In this document: positions 29,420 to 38,453 of the stretch, piece by piece
Layout of the letters: the number at the start of each line of letters is the position of its first letter
Position numbering within the stretch: position 1 is the stretch's first letter
DNA from: Candidatus Delongbacteria bacterium
GTDB lineage: Bacteria > UBA4055
Direction of reading: 5' to 3'
NCBI GenBank assembly: GCA_016937995.1
Contig: JAFGVM010000088.1
Coordinates: 1 to 46,022 of the forward strand
DNA length: 46,022 bases
Notes under the pieces: model-generated
What the model was told of the DNA's origin: nothing
Database searches by the model: none
Seen by the model: only the letters and a program-made list of their open reading frames with translations
Position numbers and translations under genes: made by a program

Positions 29420-29752
29420 TTAGTGACCAAGTTTTACAACTTCTACACTCTCACCGTGTTTTAATGCCGGACATTCTTTGGCTAAGCTCTGTGCTTCTTC
29501 ATCATTTTCAGCTTCGATCATATAAAAACCTGAAAGTTGCTTATCTGTATAAACGAACGGATCCTGCTTTACTTCATCACCTTTTAAAAGAACTGAATGG
29601 TATGAACAACCATCACCGTAGAGCATTTTGGCTTTTTTATCTAATTCATCAGCATAGTCAATATAATCAGCAATTATAGCTTTCTGCTCTTCTTCACTAC
29701 GACCAACAAATGATGACTGATCTCCACGCATTAACAATAAATATCTGCTCAT
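29420..29752 (-). CDS. YciI (DGPFAETKE-like) family protein
   Basis: YLLL..., DPFVYTDKQLSGFYMIEA...A..LA..CP. Confidence 0.75.
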   Translation of the reverse strand: MSRYLLLMRGDQSSFVGRSEEEQKAIIADYIDYADELDKKAKMLYGDGCSYHSVLLKGDEVKQDPFVYTDKQLSGFYMIEAENDEEAQSLAKECPALKHGESVEVVKLGH

Positions 29753-29754
29753 CT

Positions 29755-30261
29755 TTATATCCTCTGTTTCATTTTATATCTCAATTTATTCTTAATTTCT
29801 CCCTGAAATATAAATCCTGCTTTCTCCAGAACTTTTATCGAACCTGAATTCATCTTGTCAACTATACCCCAAATTGAATTTAATTTCAACTCTTTTAATG
29901 ACCATTCTGTCATTGCCTGAACAGCCTCAGTAGCAAATCCTTTTCCCTGATGCTTATCTTCAATAGCATAACCGATCTCAACAATACAATCATAAGGGCT
30001 CAAACCTACATGTCCTATGAGCTCATTATTATCTTTAATCACAATTCCAAGAACAAAAGGGGTTTTATTTGGAGCTGGTATCTCATGATACTGCAGCATA
30101 AGATATTCAACTACCTGCTTCGCTTCTTCCTTGCTTGCATATACCTGATCTGGAATAAATTCCTTCATACCATCTTCCAGACTCATTAGATATACCTTAT
30201 GAACATCTTCGCTGGTAAATTTGCGGAGTATTAGTCTTGGTGTTGTAATTGGGTAGTTCAT
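29755..30261 (-). CDS. GNAT acetyltransferase (RimJ/RimL type)
   Basis: TPRLILR, EIGY..QGKGFATEA, N.GS.KVLEKAGF. Confidence 0.9.
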   Translation of the reverse strand: MNYPITTPRLILRKFTSEDVHKVYLMSLEDGMKEFIPDQVYASKEEAKQVVEYLMLQYHEIPAPNKTPFVLGIVIKDNNELIGHVGLSPYDCIVEIGYAIEDKHQGKGFATEAVQAMTEWSLKELKLNSIWGIVDKMNSGSIKVLEKAGFIFQGEIKNKLRYKMKQRI

Positions 30262-31967
30262 TTCCTTCTACACTCTTCAACAAGTTCTTCAATATTTTCT
30301 TTAGATGTAAAATCGGTAGGATTATCAAAAGAATCAAGCATTCCTTTTTCATCAGAAGTAAGAAATTCCTGCCTGCTAAGTTTCCATTTCATCAATCGCA
30401 TTATGATTGTATAAGGAAATTTCAATTTCTTAAAATCGAAACCTCCTCTAAGGTAAAATATTTTTATCGATTTTAACTGATCGTAAGTAAAATTCTTTCT
30501 TTTGATGTTATCAAGATCCTCCGGTTTACCTGTGGAAGCTCCTGTAGCAAAGACAATTATTTTTTTATCATCAAGTTTATGCATGTTGTTCGTTATAAAC
30601 TTAACACCGTTTATACCTGAAACATATAAACCGCCACCGTAAATTATAGTTCTGTACTTGGATAGATCATTTATTGATACCTGGGAATACTCTTTTAGGT
30701 CAGCTGTCAGCTCTTCGGATATCCATTCGGCATACTTTTTTACAAAACCGGACTTTGATCTGTATATCACTATTGTATTGATTTCCTTATCGAACCTGTT
30801 ACACTCAAATTTATTTTTATTTTTTTGCCTGAATCTATCAATCGTACAATCAAGTTTGTCTGTAAGATCTTTATATTTTTTGCAGTTCAGACAAATATCA
30901 GGAGTTTTAACAGATTCGATCTCTTTTACTAAAGCTTTATTTCGAATAAGACCTTCTTTCCATTCATCCAGCAGATCATCTATTTTTTGACCGAAGTAAT
31001 TCTCCTCATATTCCAGCCATGAACCCTCTTTAACTTCTTCCAAAGGAAAAAATAATCGTTTTAATTTTTCATATTCGAATTTATCCTCAAGAAAAAATGC
31101 GAAAGAAAGAGCTAAAGTATGTATATTAACTTCAGCTTCAGAAAATAACTTATTCCATTTTTCTTTCAAGTCAGAGAAATGAAAAACTCCTTTAACCGCT
31201 ATTTCACGAGCATAAAAATCAGCTGCCTTTCTTTTATCGTCACCCTCTTTATTGAATTTATCCTGAATAAGCTGTGCATATCCTTCAAGTAAAAGTTTAA
31301 AGGAATTCATTGTCAGATCATTCCCGAATTTTGTATTCTTAATGATCTCAGAATTCACCAGATGGAATGTTTCATGTACAATATTAGATACAATCAGCAA
31401 TGTATCATTTTTTTTCATATCTTTCACAGGTAAAAACATTTCAAATAGATCTCTGTTGTAAGAAGTTGGACCTATATGGTCCATTAATACAACTCTGATA
31501 ACAGGCGGTAATAGACCCTTCCATTCTTTAGCTATGAACCTGTCTATTTTATTAGTCTGTTCAAAGATCAAATTAGCTATCTCTTCCAAATTCATATCAT
31601 ATTTGATAGAAATATATTTACTTTGAAGAACTTTTCCCGAATCCTGATATTTATCGAAATCTTTATAAATAAAATAGTTTTTTGTATTTTTTACGAATTT
31701 CAGTTGTTTTATGACATTTGGAATATCGTTCAGGTGCATATAATGGAGTATTAATCCACCTTCATTCTTTCCCAGCTTTTCACATATTTCGCAATATTCT
31801 GATAAGGTTGGCTCGAATCTTCCCAACATTTGATAACAATCATTAAGTATAAAATATTCCTGACCCTGCTTTTCGAGTTGAGCAACGATCTTCTTCTCCA
31901 TTTTCTTGTAATTCTTAAAGAAGTTCCTGTTCCACTCTTCCATTTTTTCTAGATATTTATCTTTCAT
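30258..31967 (-). CDS. Multidomain protein: HExxH peptidase-like + Cys-rich module + flavodoxin
   Basis: HETFH..EGYA; CLNC..C..C; TIVIYRSKSGFVKKYAEWI..IYGGGLY..FYLRGG. Confidence 0.75.
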   Translation of the reverse strand: MKDKYLEKMEEWNRNFFKNYKKMEKKIVAQLEKQGQEYFILNDCYQMLGRFEPTLSEYCEICEKLGKNEGGLILHYMHLNDIPNVIKQLKFVKNTKNYFIYKDFDKYQDSGKVLQSKYISIKYDMNLEEIANLIFEQTNKIDRFIAKEWKGLLPPVIRVVLMDHIGPTSYNRDLFEMFLPVKDMKKNDTLLIVSNIVHETFHLVNSEIIKNTKFGNDLTMNSFKLLLEGYAQLIQDKFNKEGDDKRKAADFYAREIAVKGVFHFSDLKEKWNKLFSEAEVNIHTLALSFAFFLEDKFEYEKLKRLFFPLEEVKEGSWLEYEENYFGQKIDDLLDEWKEGLIRNKALVKEIESVKTPDICLNCKKYKDLTDKLDCTIDRFRQKNKNKFECNRFDKEINTIVIYRSKSGFVKKYAEWISEELTADLKEYSQVSINDLSKYRTIIYGGGLYVSGINGVKFITNNMHKLDDKKIIVFATGASTGKPEDLDNIKRKNFTYDQLKSIKIFYLRGGFDFKKLKFPYTIIMRLMKWKLSRQEFLTSDEKGMLDSFDNPTDFTSKENIEELVEECRRK

Positions 31968-32139
31968 ATATGACCTTCGTTAGATATTCTAACAATAATT
32001 ACTATACTAACAATAATTGCATTTATTTGCAAATTAATAAAATTAAAAAGAGAATGATAAAGATCGACTCATATATATGAAATTTAAACCTGTGTAGTAG
32101 GCTATGAGGCTTTTCCCAACGAAATTCGAAATATTCTTG

Positions 32140-32505
32140 TTACCTAATATTTTCTACGAACTGAACTTTGAACCCATCCGGATCGAGTACATAAAGAAAC
32201 TGAATATGCGGATTCGGTTTGAACGGTCCTTCGTGTACAGGAATATTGTTCTCCTCCAGGTTTTCTTTGATCTTATCCAGACTTCCACAGTCAAAACCAA
32301 GAGAAATATTCTCAACAGAAACAGTATTCCCGGATTTATTATCACTAATAAGTTCAACCTGAGTCTCCCCTTCTCCGAGAAAAACGATCTCCATATCAGG
32401 ATTAGGCTTCATTCTTCTTACGATCGAAAGGCCAACGATCTTCTGATAGAATTTCAACGATTTTTTCATATCTCTAACATGCAATGTTGTCCAACAGAAT
32501 TTCAT
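32140..32505 (-). CDS. VOC/lactoylglutathione lyase-like protein
   Basis: TLHVRDM..S..FY..VGL, VELI, DPDG..VQF. Confidence 0.88.
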   Translation of the reverse strand: MKFCWTTLHVRDMKKSLKFYQKIVGLSIVRRMKPNPDMEIVFLGEGETQVELISDNKSGNTVSVENISLGFDCGSLDKIKENLEENNIPVHEGPFKPNPHIQFLYVLDPDGFKVQFVENIR

Positions 32506-32538
32506 ATGTATCTCCGAAATATTTTAATAATAATTCCT

Positions 32539-32811
32539 TTAATATACTTCCTTGTGCGTTCCAATAGATATTGGTATAATCTTATCATCTTCAATTATAA
32601 AATCTATTGTGATCCTGTATGTTATATTTATGGAAACAGAATAAGTTTCTGGTTGTTTATTTTCCAGTTTATGCAGTCTTAATGAAGGGTGATATGGATT
32701 TATTTCAAGAAGTTTGAAGGTTTTTGTATACTGTCTAACAATTTTCGGATGCTTTTTCAGAAATTTCTCAGATTTTTTCAGATACGGTTTTGTATAAATG
32801 ATTTCAGCCAC
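32539..32811 (-). CDS. Type II toxin, RelE/ParE superfamily (YafQ-like)
   Basis: NPYHPSLRLHKL, YRI, IGTHKEVY; GTG start overlaps the antitoxin end. Confidence 0.88.
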   Translation of the reverse strand: MAEIIYTKPYLKKSEKFLKKHPKIVRQYTKTFKLLEINPYHPSLRLHKLENKQPETYSVSINITYRITIDFIIEDDKIIPISIGTHKEVY

Positions 32812-33061
32812 GGGTAATTCTCTTTACATGTTCTTCTACTGATTCTTTTATATAATCACCATCCTCAATTGCTTTTCGGGACTCTTTTATGGCTGCATCA
32901 AGTTCGTATTCCCGTAATTCGTTATACCTTTCAACTGAAATAACAATATATTTTGCTTTTCCTCTGACTGTTATGACAGCTTCACCATACTCGGAAGTTT
33001 CTTCTTCTATTAGAGAAACCCCTTTTGTCTTTAAATCATTTGCAGTAATATATTTATGCAT
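32804..33061 (-). CDS. Type II antitoxin, Phd/YefM family
   Basis: ITANDLKTKG, VITVRGKAKY; upstream of the toxin; GAGG RBS. Confidence 0.88.
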   Translation of the reverse strand: MHKYITANDLKTKGVSLIEEETSEYGEAVITVRGKAKYIVISVERYNELREYELDAAIKESRKAIEDGDYIKESVEEHVKRITRG

Positions 33062-33071
33062 AAACACCTCG

Positions 33072-33114
33072 TAATCGTTTTATTAAAAGTACGATTAATA
33101 GTGCGATTTGTCAA
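33072..33114 (-). promoter_or_regulatory. TA promoter with overlapping operator
   Basis: TTGACA-17 nt-TACTTT; inverted repeat TAATCGT-N12-ACGATTA over the -10 element. Confidence 0.7.
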
Positions 33115-33166
33115 GTGTTGAAATTTTACATTTTCTGTTTTATTTTAAAATTGACTGTATTCGATC

Positions 33167-33421
33167 TTATTGGGTTATTCCATACATTTCTTTTTTTATG
33201 ATAAGCATATGTATTTGGTCTCTACTGCTTAAAGGAAATCGAATTTGATAATCTAAAAACATTGAATATTTATCATCTTCCAATTTATAAGCCATGTTTT
33301 TCATTATTAGAAAATTCCCTGAAATAATACCTGATAATGTACACTCATTAACAAATGATTTAGTAATTGCATGAGTAGATGTTTTATATATCTCTTTCGG
33401 TTTAAGCTCATAATAATCTTC
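33167..33421 (-). pseudogene. Possible 3' remnant of a truncated gene
   Basis: 84 stop-free codons (EDYYELKPKEIY...KEMYGITQ) with no 5' start, overlapping the tail of the ORF6N gene in another frame. Confidence 0.35.
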
Positions 33422-34302
33422 TTACCAAAAACCAAGGCGAGCATCTTTAATGCATCAATCTCAAACTTAGAAAAACCAAATAATTTCTTCCCAAGATCTT
33501 TCAGCGAAGCCCCAAAATGATATACAATTTCATCATCAATTATAATAAACCTATCATGCGATTTCTTAAATACTTTAATTTCAATTGCAAAAAACTCCTT
33601 TTCAAATTTATCTATATCCAGTTTAAGCTGTTTTGAGATTGATTTCGTTAATATCTTGACTTTCACATTCTTGTTTTTCTTAGTCAAATGTGTTAAAACA
33701 GTATCATCAATATAGTTATCTATTATAACAATGGAACTTTTAGCACTTCTAAAAAGATCTGATACAAATTTATAGGCTTTAAATATTTGCCCTTCAAAGA
33801 ATATACCTTGCTTTGGAATGTTATCGTTACTCTCTAGAGCAGAGAAGACTTTATCGAACTTTTGATCGGTTTCTAATTTATAATGCTCCAAGCGACTGAT
33901 TCTATTGAACACTTCTGAATTAATAATTGAATAGCTCCTCATCTCTATAAAAGTTTTAATGATGATTATACTGATCCTAATTGCAGTTTCACTTCTCAAT
34001 ACAGCAGACAACATAGCTATTCCTTCCTGAGTAAATACATAAGGAAGGTATTTTCGATGTTTACCCCTTGTGTTCTCTAAGGTGACAAATTGGCACCTTA
34101 AAGATTCGTACTCACTTTCAGTTATTTGAAAACCGAATTCTTTAGGGAATCTTTCGATATTTCTTTTAACTACTCGATTAAGATATTTAACTTCAACCCC
34201 ATATAGTTCTGCTAAATCACTATCAGGCATTACCTGCTGACCACGAATTGTAAATATTTTCTCTTTTACTGATATTCCTTCAAATTTCTCTATTTCTTTC
34301 AT
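33307..34302 (-). CDS. ORF6N-domain DNA-binding protein with C-terminal PLD-like domain
   Basis: IRGQQVM.D.DLAELYGVE..VKRN.ERFP..FTQEGIAMLS; IIDNY..SHDRFIIID..GASLKDLG. Confidence 0.85.
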   Translation of the reverse strand: MKEIEKFEGISVKEKIFTIRGQQVMPDSDLAELYGVEVKYLNRVVKRNIERFPKEFGFQITESEYESLRCQFVTLENTRGKHRKYLPYVFTQEGIAMLSAVLRSETAIRISIIIIKTFIEMRSYSIINSEVFNRISRLEHYKLETDQKFDKVFSALESNDNIPKQGIFFEGQIFKAYKFVSDLFRSAKSSIVIIDNYIDDTVLTHLTKKNKNVKVKILTKSISKQLKLDIDKFEKEFFAIEIKVFKKSHDRFIIIDDEIVYHFGASLKDLGKKLFGFSKFEIDALKMLALVFGKKIIMSLNRKRYIKHLLMQLLNHLLMSVHYQVLFQGIF

Positions 34303-34336
34303 TTTTGCTTCCTATTATTATATTTTAACACCAAGC

Positions 34337-34362
34337 GGGAAGGCATGGAAGCCTTCCCCTAC
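34337..34362 (-). repeat. GTAG-type REP-like palindrome
   Basis: Minus strand GTAG-GGGAAGGC-TTCCAT-GCCTTCCC. Confidence 0.7.
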
Positions 34363-34441
34363 GGTTCTTGGTGTTTCTTCTATATTGTTGGAATATAAAC
34401 ATAGCACTAGGTCAAATAGTGACCTTTTGCTATTAATTAAT

Positions 34442-34469
34442 AAAAAAGGGACGATAAATAATCGTCCCC
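34442..34469 (-). terminator. Intrinsic terminator of the mbx operon
   Basis: Minus strand GGGACGAT-TATTT-ATCGTCCC-TTTTTT. Confidence 0.75.
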
Positions 34470-34482
34470 AAATAAAATCCTG

Positions 34483-34607
34483 TAAAGGTTTAAATGTAAA
34501 GAAGTTCAAGGAAGAATATCTTTCTTTCAATAAGGAGCTTAGTTTACCTAAGTGACTTTGAAGAAAAATGTATTCTAACGCAGAAATTCAAAGCATTTAA
34601 CCTTTAA
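34483..34607. repeat. Long imperfect hairpin element, copy 1
   Basis: Core AAGGAGCTTAG-N5-CTAAGTGACTT shared with 38333-38453; nested paired arms. Confidence 0.7.
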
Positions 34608-36363
34608 ATTGTTTGTCGATGAAATACGCTGCCTTCTTTCCTGCAGCTATAGCTCTTATCGCATCATCTGGTCCAGTCTCACAATCTCCACCAGCATAGA
34701 TAGTATCCTGATTTGACTTAAGCGTATCAGTATTAACTTCAAACGTACCCCATCTTGTGAGCTTAATATCAAGATCTTTCATGATCTCAGGTTCAACCTT
34801 TTGACCAACAGCCATAATACAAGTATCAGCTATGATAGTATACTCAGAACCTTTAACAGGCTCAGGTCTTCTTCTACCACTCTTATCCGGCTCACCAAGT
34901 TCCATCTTAATACATTCAATAGCCAAGCGACCGTCTTTCTTCTCTATCTTAACAGGTGAAGTCAGTATCTGAATATCAACACCTTCTTCTTTAGCTTCAA
35001 TGATCTCGATCTCATCAGCAGGCATTTCTTTCTCAGTTCTTCTATACACAACCTTAACATCACTGCCAAGTCTAACAGATGAACGGCAACAATCCATAGC
35101 AGTATTACCACCACCAACGACAACAACATCTTTACCAAGATCAGGTCTCTCTCCCTTACCTATCTTCTCAAGGAATCCAACACCTGAAAGAACACCTTCA
35201 GTATCCAATCCTTCAATAGGCATTTCTGTACCAAGCTGAGCTCCGATACAAACAAATACAGCATCATTCTCTTTATGAATATCTTCAAGCATGATATCTT
35301 TACCAACTTTGGTGTTGTACTTAACCTCAACATCCTGCCTGATTATATAATCAATTTCTCTCTGAAGAACATCAGCTGGAAGCCTGTAATCAGGGATACC
35401 CCATTTAAGCATTCCACCAAGCTTATCATGCATTTCATAGATAACAGCATCATGACCTAAAGTTCTTAAATAATATGCAGCAGTAAGTCCTGCAGGACCT
35501 CCACCGATTATACCTACCTTCTTACCTGAAGCAGGTTTCGGTTTAAGATCGATTATCTCATCTTTTCTATCGTAAGTCTTGTCTCCGATATATCTCTTCA
35601 GCCATCTGATAGCAATAGGTTTACCTTCATGACCAACTGCACAAACAGTCTCACATTTTGCTGTACAGATCCTGCCACAGGCTTCAACCATTGGATTAGT
35701 CTGGAACATGATCCTGAGACCTTCGTCAAGCTTTCCATCTCTAATAGCTTTAATATATTGTGGTATATCCATATGTGTAGGACATGCTTGAACACAGATA
35801 CCGCAGTCTAAGCAACGGTTGGCTTCAATTATAGCTTGCTCATCTGTATAACCATCTTGAAATTCATCAAAAGTATTTTTTCTTTCATCGGCTTCCTGCT
35901 CCGGCATTTTCTCTCTTTCTCCGTTTACAAGCCAGGATTCATCTCCCCTTTTGTAACCTTTCTCAGATTCATTTGCCCAAGGTAATTCATCAATACCCGG
36001 AACGAATCTATAAACTTCAGGATCCTCGGAAAGCCAAGTGTAATCATTAGACATTCCAAGGGATGTAGTAGGACAGATATCCACACATAGAGCACACCAG
36101 CAGCATCTACCGTAATCGATCAAAGGCTTAAGACCGCTATTTCCCTTTGTAGCAACAAGTTCAGCTACTTCTACCATATCAATAGCTTCATTCTGGCAAA
36201 TTTCCTCGCAGGAACCGCAACCGATACATTTTTCAATATCGTTGGTATGAAAACCTCTGTAAAGATCAGCTGCTTTTCTGTTCACAGGATCCTTAATTGT
36301 ATATGGTTTCTCAAATGCTCTTTTCCAAGCATAGAATGGTGATATAATATCTTTTAAACTCAT
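34597..36363 (-). CDS. MbxN/NuoI-like 2x[4Fe-4S] domain fused to GltD-like FAD/NADPH oxidoreductase
   Basis: CIGCGSCEEIC, CCWCALCVDICP; CLDCGIC..CP, CGRIC..CE..C; GGGPAG; GGGNTAMD. Confidence 0.88.
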   Translation of the reverse strand: MSLKDIISPFYAWKRAFEKPYTIKDPVNRKAADLYRGFHTNDIEKCIGCGSCEEICQNEAIDMVEVAELVATKGNSGLKPLIDYGRCCWCALCVDICPTTSLGMSNDYTWLSEDPEVYRFVPGIDELPWANESEKGYKRGDESWLVNGEREKMPEQEADERKNTFDEFQDGYTDEQAIIEANRCLDCGICVQACPTHMDIPQYIKAIRDGKLDEGLRIMFQTNPMVEACGRICTAKCETVCAVGHEGKPIAIRWLKRYIGDKTYDRKDEIIDLKPKPASGKKVGIIGGGPAGLTAAYYLRTLGHDAVIYEMHDKLGGMLKWGIPDYRLPADVLQREIDYIIRQDVEVKYNTKVGKDIMLEDIHKENDAVFVCIGAQLGTEMPIEGLDTEGVLSGVGFLEKIGKGERPDLGKDVVVVGGGNTAMDCCRSSVRLGSDVKVVYRRTEKEMPADEIEIIEAKEEGVDIQILTSPVKIEKKDGRLAIECIKMELGEPDKSGRRRPEPVKGSEYTIIADTCIMAVGQKVEPEIMKDLDIKLTRWGTFEVNTDTLKSNQDTIYAGGDCETGPDDAIRAIAAGKKAAYFIDKQFKG

Positions 36364-36381
36364 TTTAATCCTCTTTTATAA

Positions 36382-36447
36382 AATTAGAAGTAAGAAATTA
36401 GAAGTCAGAGGTTTAGCTGACCACTAACCACTAATCACTGACCACTA
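36382..36447. repeat. Heptamer tandem repeats (TTAGAAG-type and CCACTAA-type)
   Basis: aattagaagtaagaaattagaagtcagaggttt followed by ccactaa ccactaa tcactga ccacta. Confidence 0.65.
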
Positions 36448-37590
36448 TCTCTCTATCTCCGGTGGACATGTCTGTAATGACACCATTAATCCGAATATGT
36501 CGGCATTGGTAACACCTTCTGCCATCTTCTCCAGTAAAGCCATTGCGTGAGTATAACTTGCACCACGCACATGAACTCTTCTAGGATATTCACTACCATC
36601 TGAGACCATGTAATATCCATATTCCCCTCTACCTGACTCAGCTTTAACATAAGTTTCACCTGCTGGAACTTTCCAATGAAGTATATCAGGTATCTTAGTT
36701 CGAACTGAACCTGTTCTTGGCATTTTCGCTAATATCTGTCTAATAAGGTCAACTGAAAGAAGAACTTCCTTCTTTCTTAGAACAGTTCTTTCATAAACAT
36801 CACCTACAGTGCCTGTAGTTGGCTCGAAATCCAACTGATCGTAGATCAGATATGGATGATCCTTTCTTACATCATATTTTACACCTGAAGCTCTTGCAGT
36901 TGTACCTGTAACACCAAAAGGTTTGATCCATTCTTTTGGAAGAACTCCAAGACCAACCGCTCTTGATTTAAATACATAATTGTTAAACATTACTTTATCA
37001 ATATCATACATCAACTTTTCAGTCTTGACCAGCACCTTTTCCAGTCTGTCCTCAAAACCTGCAGGAGGTTCATGCCTTACTCCACCTGGTAACATATACA
37101 TGTGATATATTCTTCCACCTGTTAGTTCTTCGAAAAGATCAAGTATAAGATCTCTGTGTGCAACAGACCATTGCCCTATAGTGCCAAGTCCGAAAGAACC
37201 TGCCTGGCCACCTATACCCATTATTGTAGCACCTAATCTTGCCATTTCAAGGTTCAAAGCTCTTAACCACTTAGCTCTCTCAGGTATCTCTATACCTGCA
37301 AGATCTTCAGCTGCAGTAGCAAAAAGATATTCGTTAGTATCAGGCTCTGGAACACAGATCCTGCATACGATCGGAAAACATTTGATGTACTTTCTTCTTT
37401 CCATCAGTTTCTCAAAACCTCTATGAAGATAACCGACGTGTGTATTAAGTTGCATTATCTCGTCACCTTCAAGCAATATCTCAAGAGCCATATTACCTGT
37501 TACTCCCGGATGCTGAGGTCCCTGCCATATCTTGACGTACTTTCCGGACTTAAGGTCCAGATCTTTAGTATCATTCCAAATTGGTCGCAT
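36445..37590 (-). CDS. MbxL/NuoD-like subunit (no complete NiFe motifs)
   Basis: GPQHP, GYLHRGFEK, CRIC, C-terminus QTCPPEIER. Confidence 0.88.
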   Translation of the reverse strand: MRPIWNDTKDLDLKSGKYVKIWQGPQHPGVTGNMALEILLEGDEIMQLNTHVGYLHRGFEKLMERRKYIKCFPIVCRICVPEPDTNEYLFATAAEDLAGIEIPERAKWLRALNLEMARLGATIMGIGGQAGSFGLGTIGQWSVAHRDLILDLFEELTGGRIYHMYMLPGGVRHEPPAGFEDRLEKVLVKTEKLMYDIDKVMFNNYVFKSRAVGLGVLPKEWIKPFGVTGTTARASGVKYDVRKDHPYLIYDQLDFEPTTGTVGDVYERTVLRKKEVLLSVDLIRQILAKMPRTGSVRTKIPDILHWKVPAGETYVKAESGRGEYGYYMVSDGSEYPRRVHVRGASYTHAMALLEKMAEGVTNADIFGLMVSLQTCPPEIER

Positions 37591-37625
37591 AATATCTTCT
37601 TATGTTGATTTATATTATTTTTATT

Positions 37626-37663
37626 TGTCATTGCGAGGATTTTCATAAAATCCGTGGCAATCT
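37626..37663 (+). repeat. GTCA/CGTC-type REP-like palindrome
   Basis: TGTCATTGCGAGGATTTT-CAT-AAAATCCGTGGCAATCT. Confidence 0.7.
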
Positions 37664-37679
37664 TATTTTATGGTTTTAC

Positions 37680-37703
37680 GGGTGAATAATGATTCACCCC
37701 TGC
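37680..37703 (-). repeat. GTAG-like REP palindrome
   Basis: Minus strand GCAG-GGGTGAAT-CATT-ATTCACCC. Confidence 0.6.
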
Positions 37704-37709
37704 AATCCA

Positions 37710-38285
37710 TTATTTTGAATTATCACGAAATACTTTCGTGATGCTCTTCTTTACTTCTTCTTCTACAGGATACATCTTCTCTGCCATTTGTTCCGTTGGA
37801 TCCTTCTTGGTTCTTCCTTCTCTAGGGAAGTAAGTTTCTTCAGAGTATTTCTTAGTATCGAAATCTTTTCTCATCGGAGGAATAGTATCCCAGCCTTCGA
37901 GTACGAATGGATCATCAACTCTTGGACATCCCGGAAAATCTATCCCGAACATTTCTTTCAATTCCCTTTCATAGACCCTTGCAGCAGCCCATAGCTCATT
38001 GATACTGGTCATTGTAGGGTTTTCTCTGTCGATATATACTCTGATACAGGCATCATTATTCAGGTCATAGTTACGGAGCAAATATGTCAATTGGAACTTG
38101 CCGTCTTCTATGTAATCTACACATGATATCATTGTCAGCTGATCATACTTCTCAAATTCCTTCAAATACAAGATTACACCTTCAATATCGATCTTCTCTG
38201 CTGTAAAGAATACCTGATTCGATTTATGCTCGTTGATGTCTTTGATATTGAATTTTGAAGCCAGTCTTTCGATCATATCTTTCAT
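37710..38285 (-). CDS. MbxK/NuoC-like subunit
   Basis: ISCVDY, YERELKEMFGIDF.G, PMRKDF. Confidence 0.9.
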   Translation of the reverse strand: MKDMIERLASKFNIKDINEHKSNQVFFTAEKIDIEGVILYLKEFEKYDQLTMISCVDYIEDGKFQLTYLLRNYDLNNDACIRVYIDRENPTMTSINELWAAARVYERELKEMFGIDFPGCPRVDDPFVLEGWDTIPPMRKDFDTKKYSEETYFPREGRTKKDPTEQMAEKMYPVEEEVKKSITKVFRDNSK

Positions 38286-38332
38286 TTTTTATACCTAATT
38301 TAATTAATTTCTATATTTTAACTGCAACTGTA

Positions 38333-38453
38333 GAAAGTGCATTAAATAAAGGAGTTCAAGAAAGAGTTGTTTATTTCGAAAAGGAGCTTAGATTAACTAA
38401 GTGACTTAAGAAAAAACGACTCTGACGCCGAAATCCGAAATTTAATGTGCTTT
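38333..38453. repeat. Long imperfect hairpin element, copy 2
   Basis: GGAGTTCAAG..AAGGAGCTTAG-ATTAA-CTAAGTGACTT..GACGCCGAAATCC with outer arms AAAGTGCATTAAAT/ATTTAATGTGCTTT. Confidence 0.7.

Noticed and set aside
32104-32682. 192-aa plus-strand ORF
   Set aside because: Antisense to the well-supported VOC and toxin genes; no recognisable motifs
28410-34302. Integron cassette array (GNAT, VOC and TA genes; GTTAGAC/GTTAGAA before some starts)
   Set aside because: No paired RYYYAAC...GTTRRRY attC hairpins, no integrase, and several genes overlap
34318-34530. 70-aa minus-strand ORF
   Set aside because: Runs through a terminator and REP-like palindromes; probably spurious
34597-36363. True glutamate synthase small subunit
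   Set aside because: No gltB nearby; fused to a NuoI-like domain at the end of the mbx operon
36445-37590. [NiFe]-hydrogenase large subunit
   Set aside because: C-terminal DPCxxC motif absent and no maturation genes in the window
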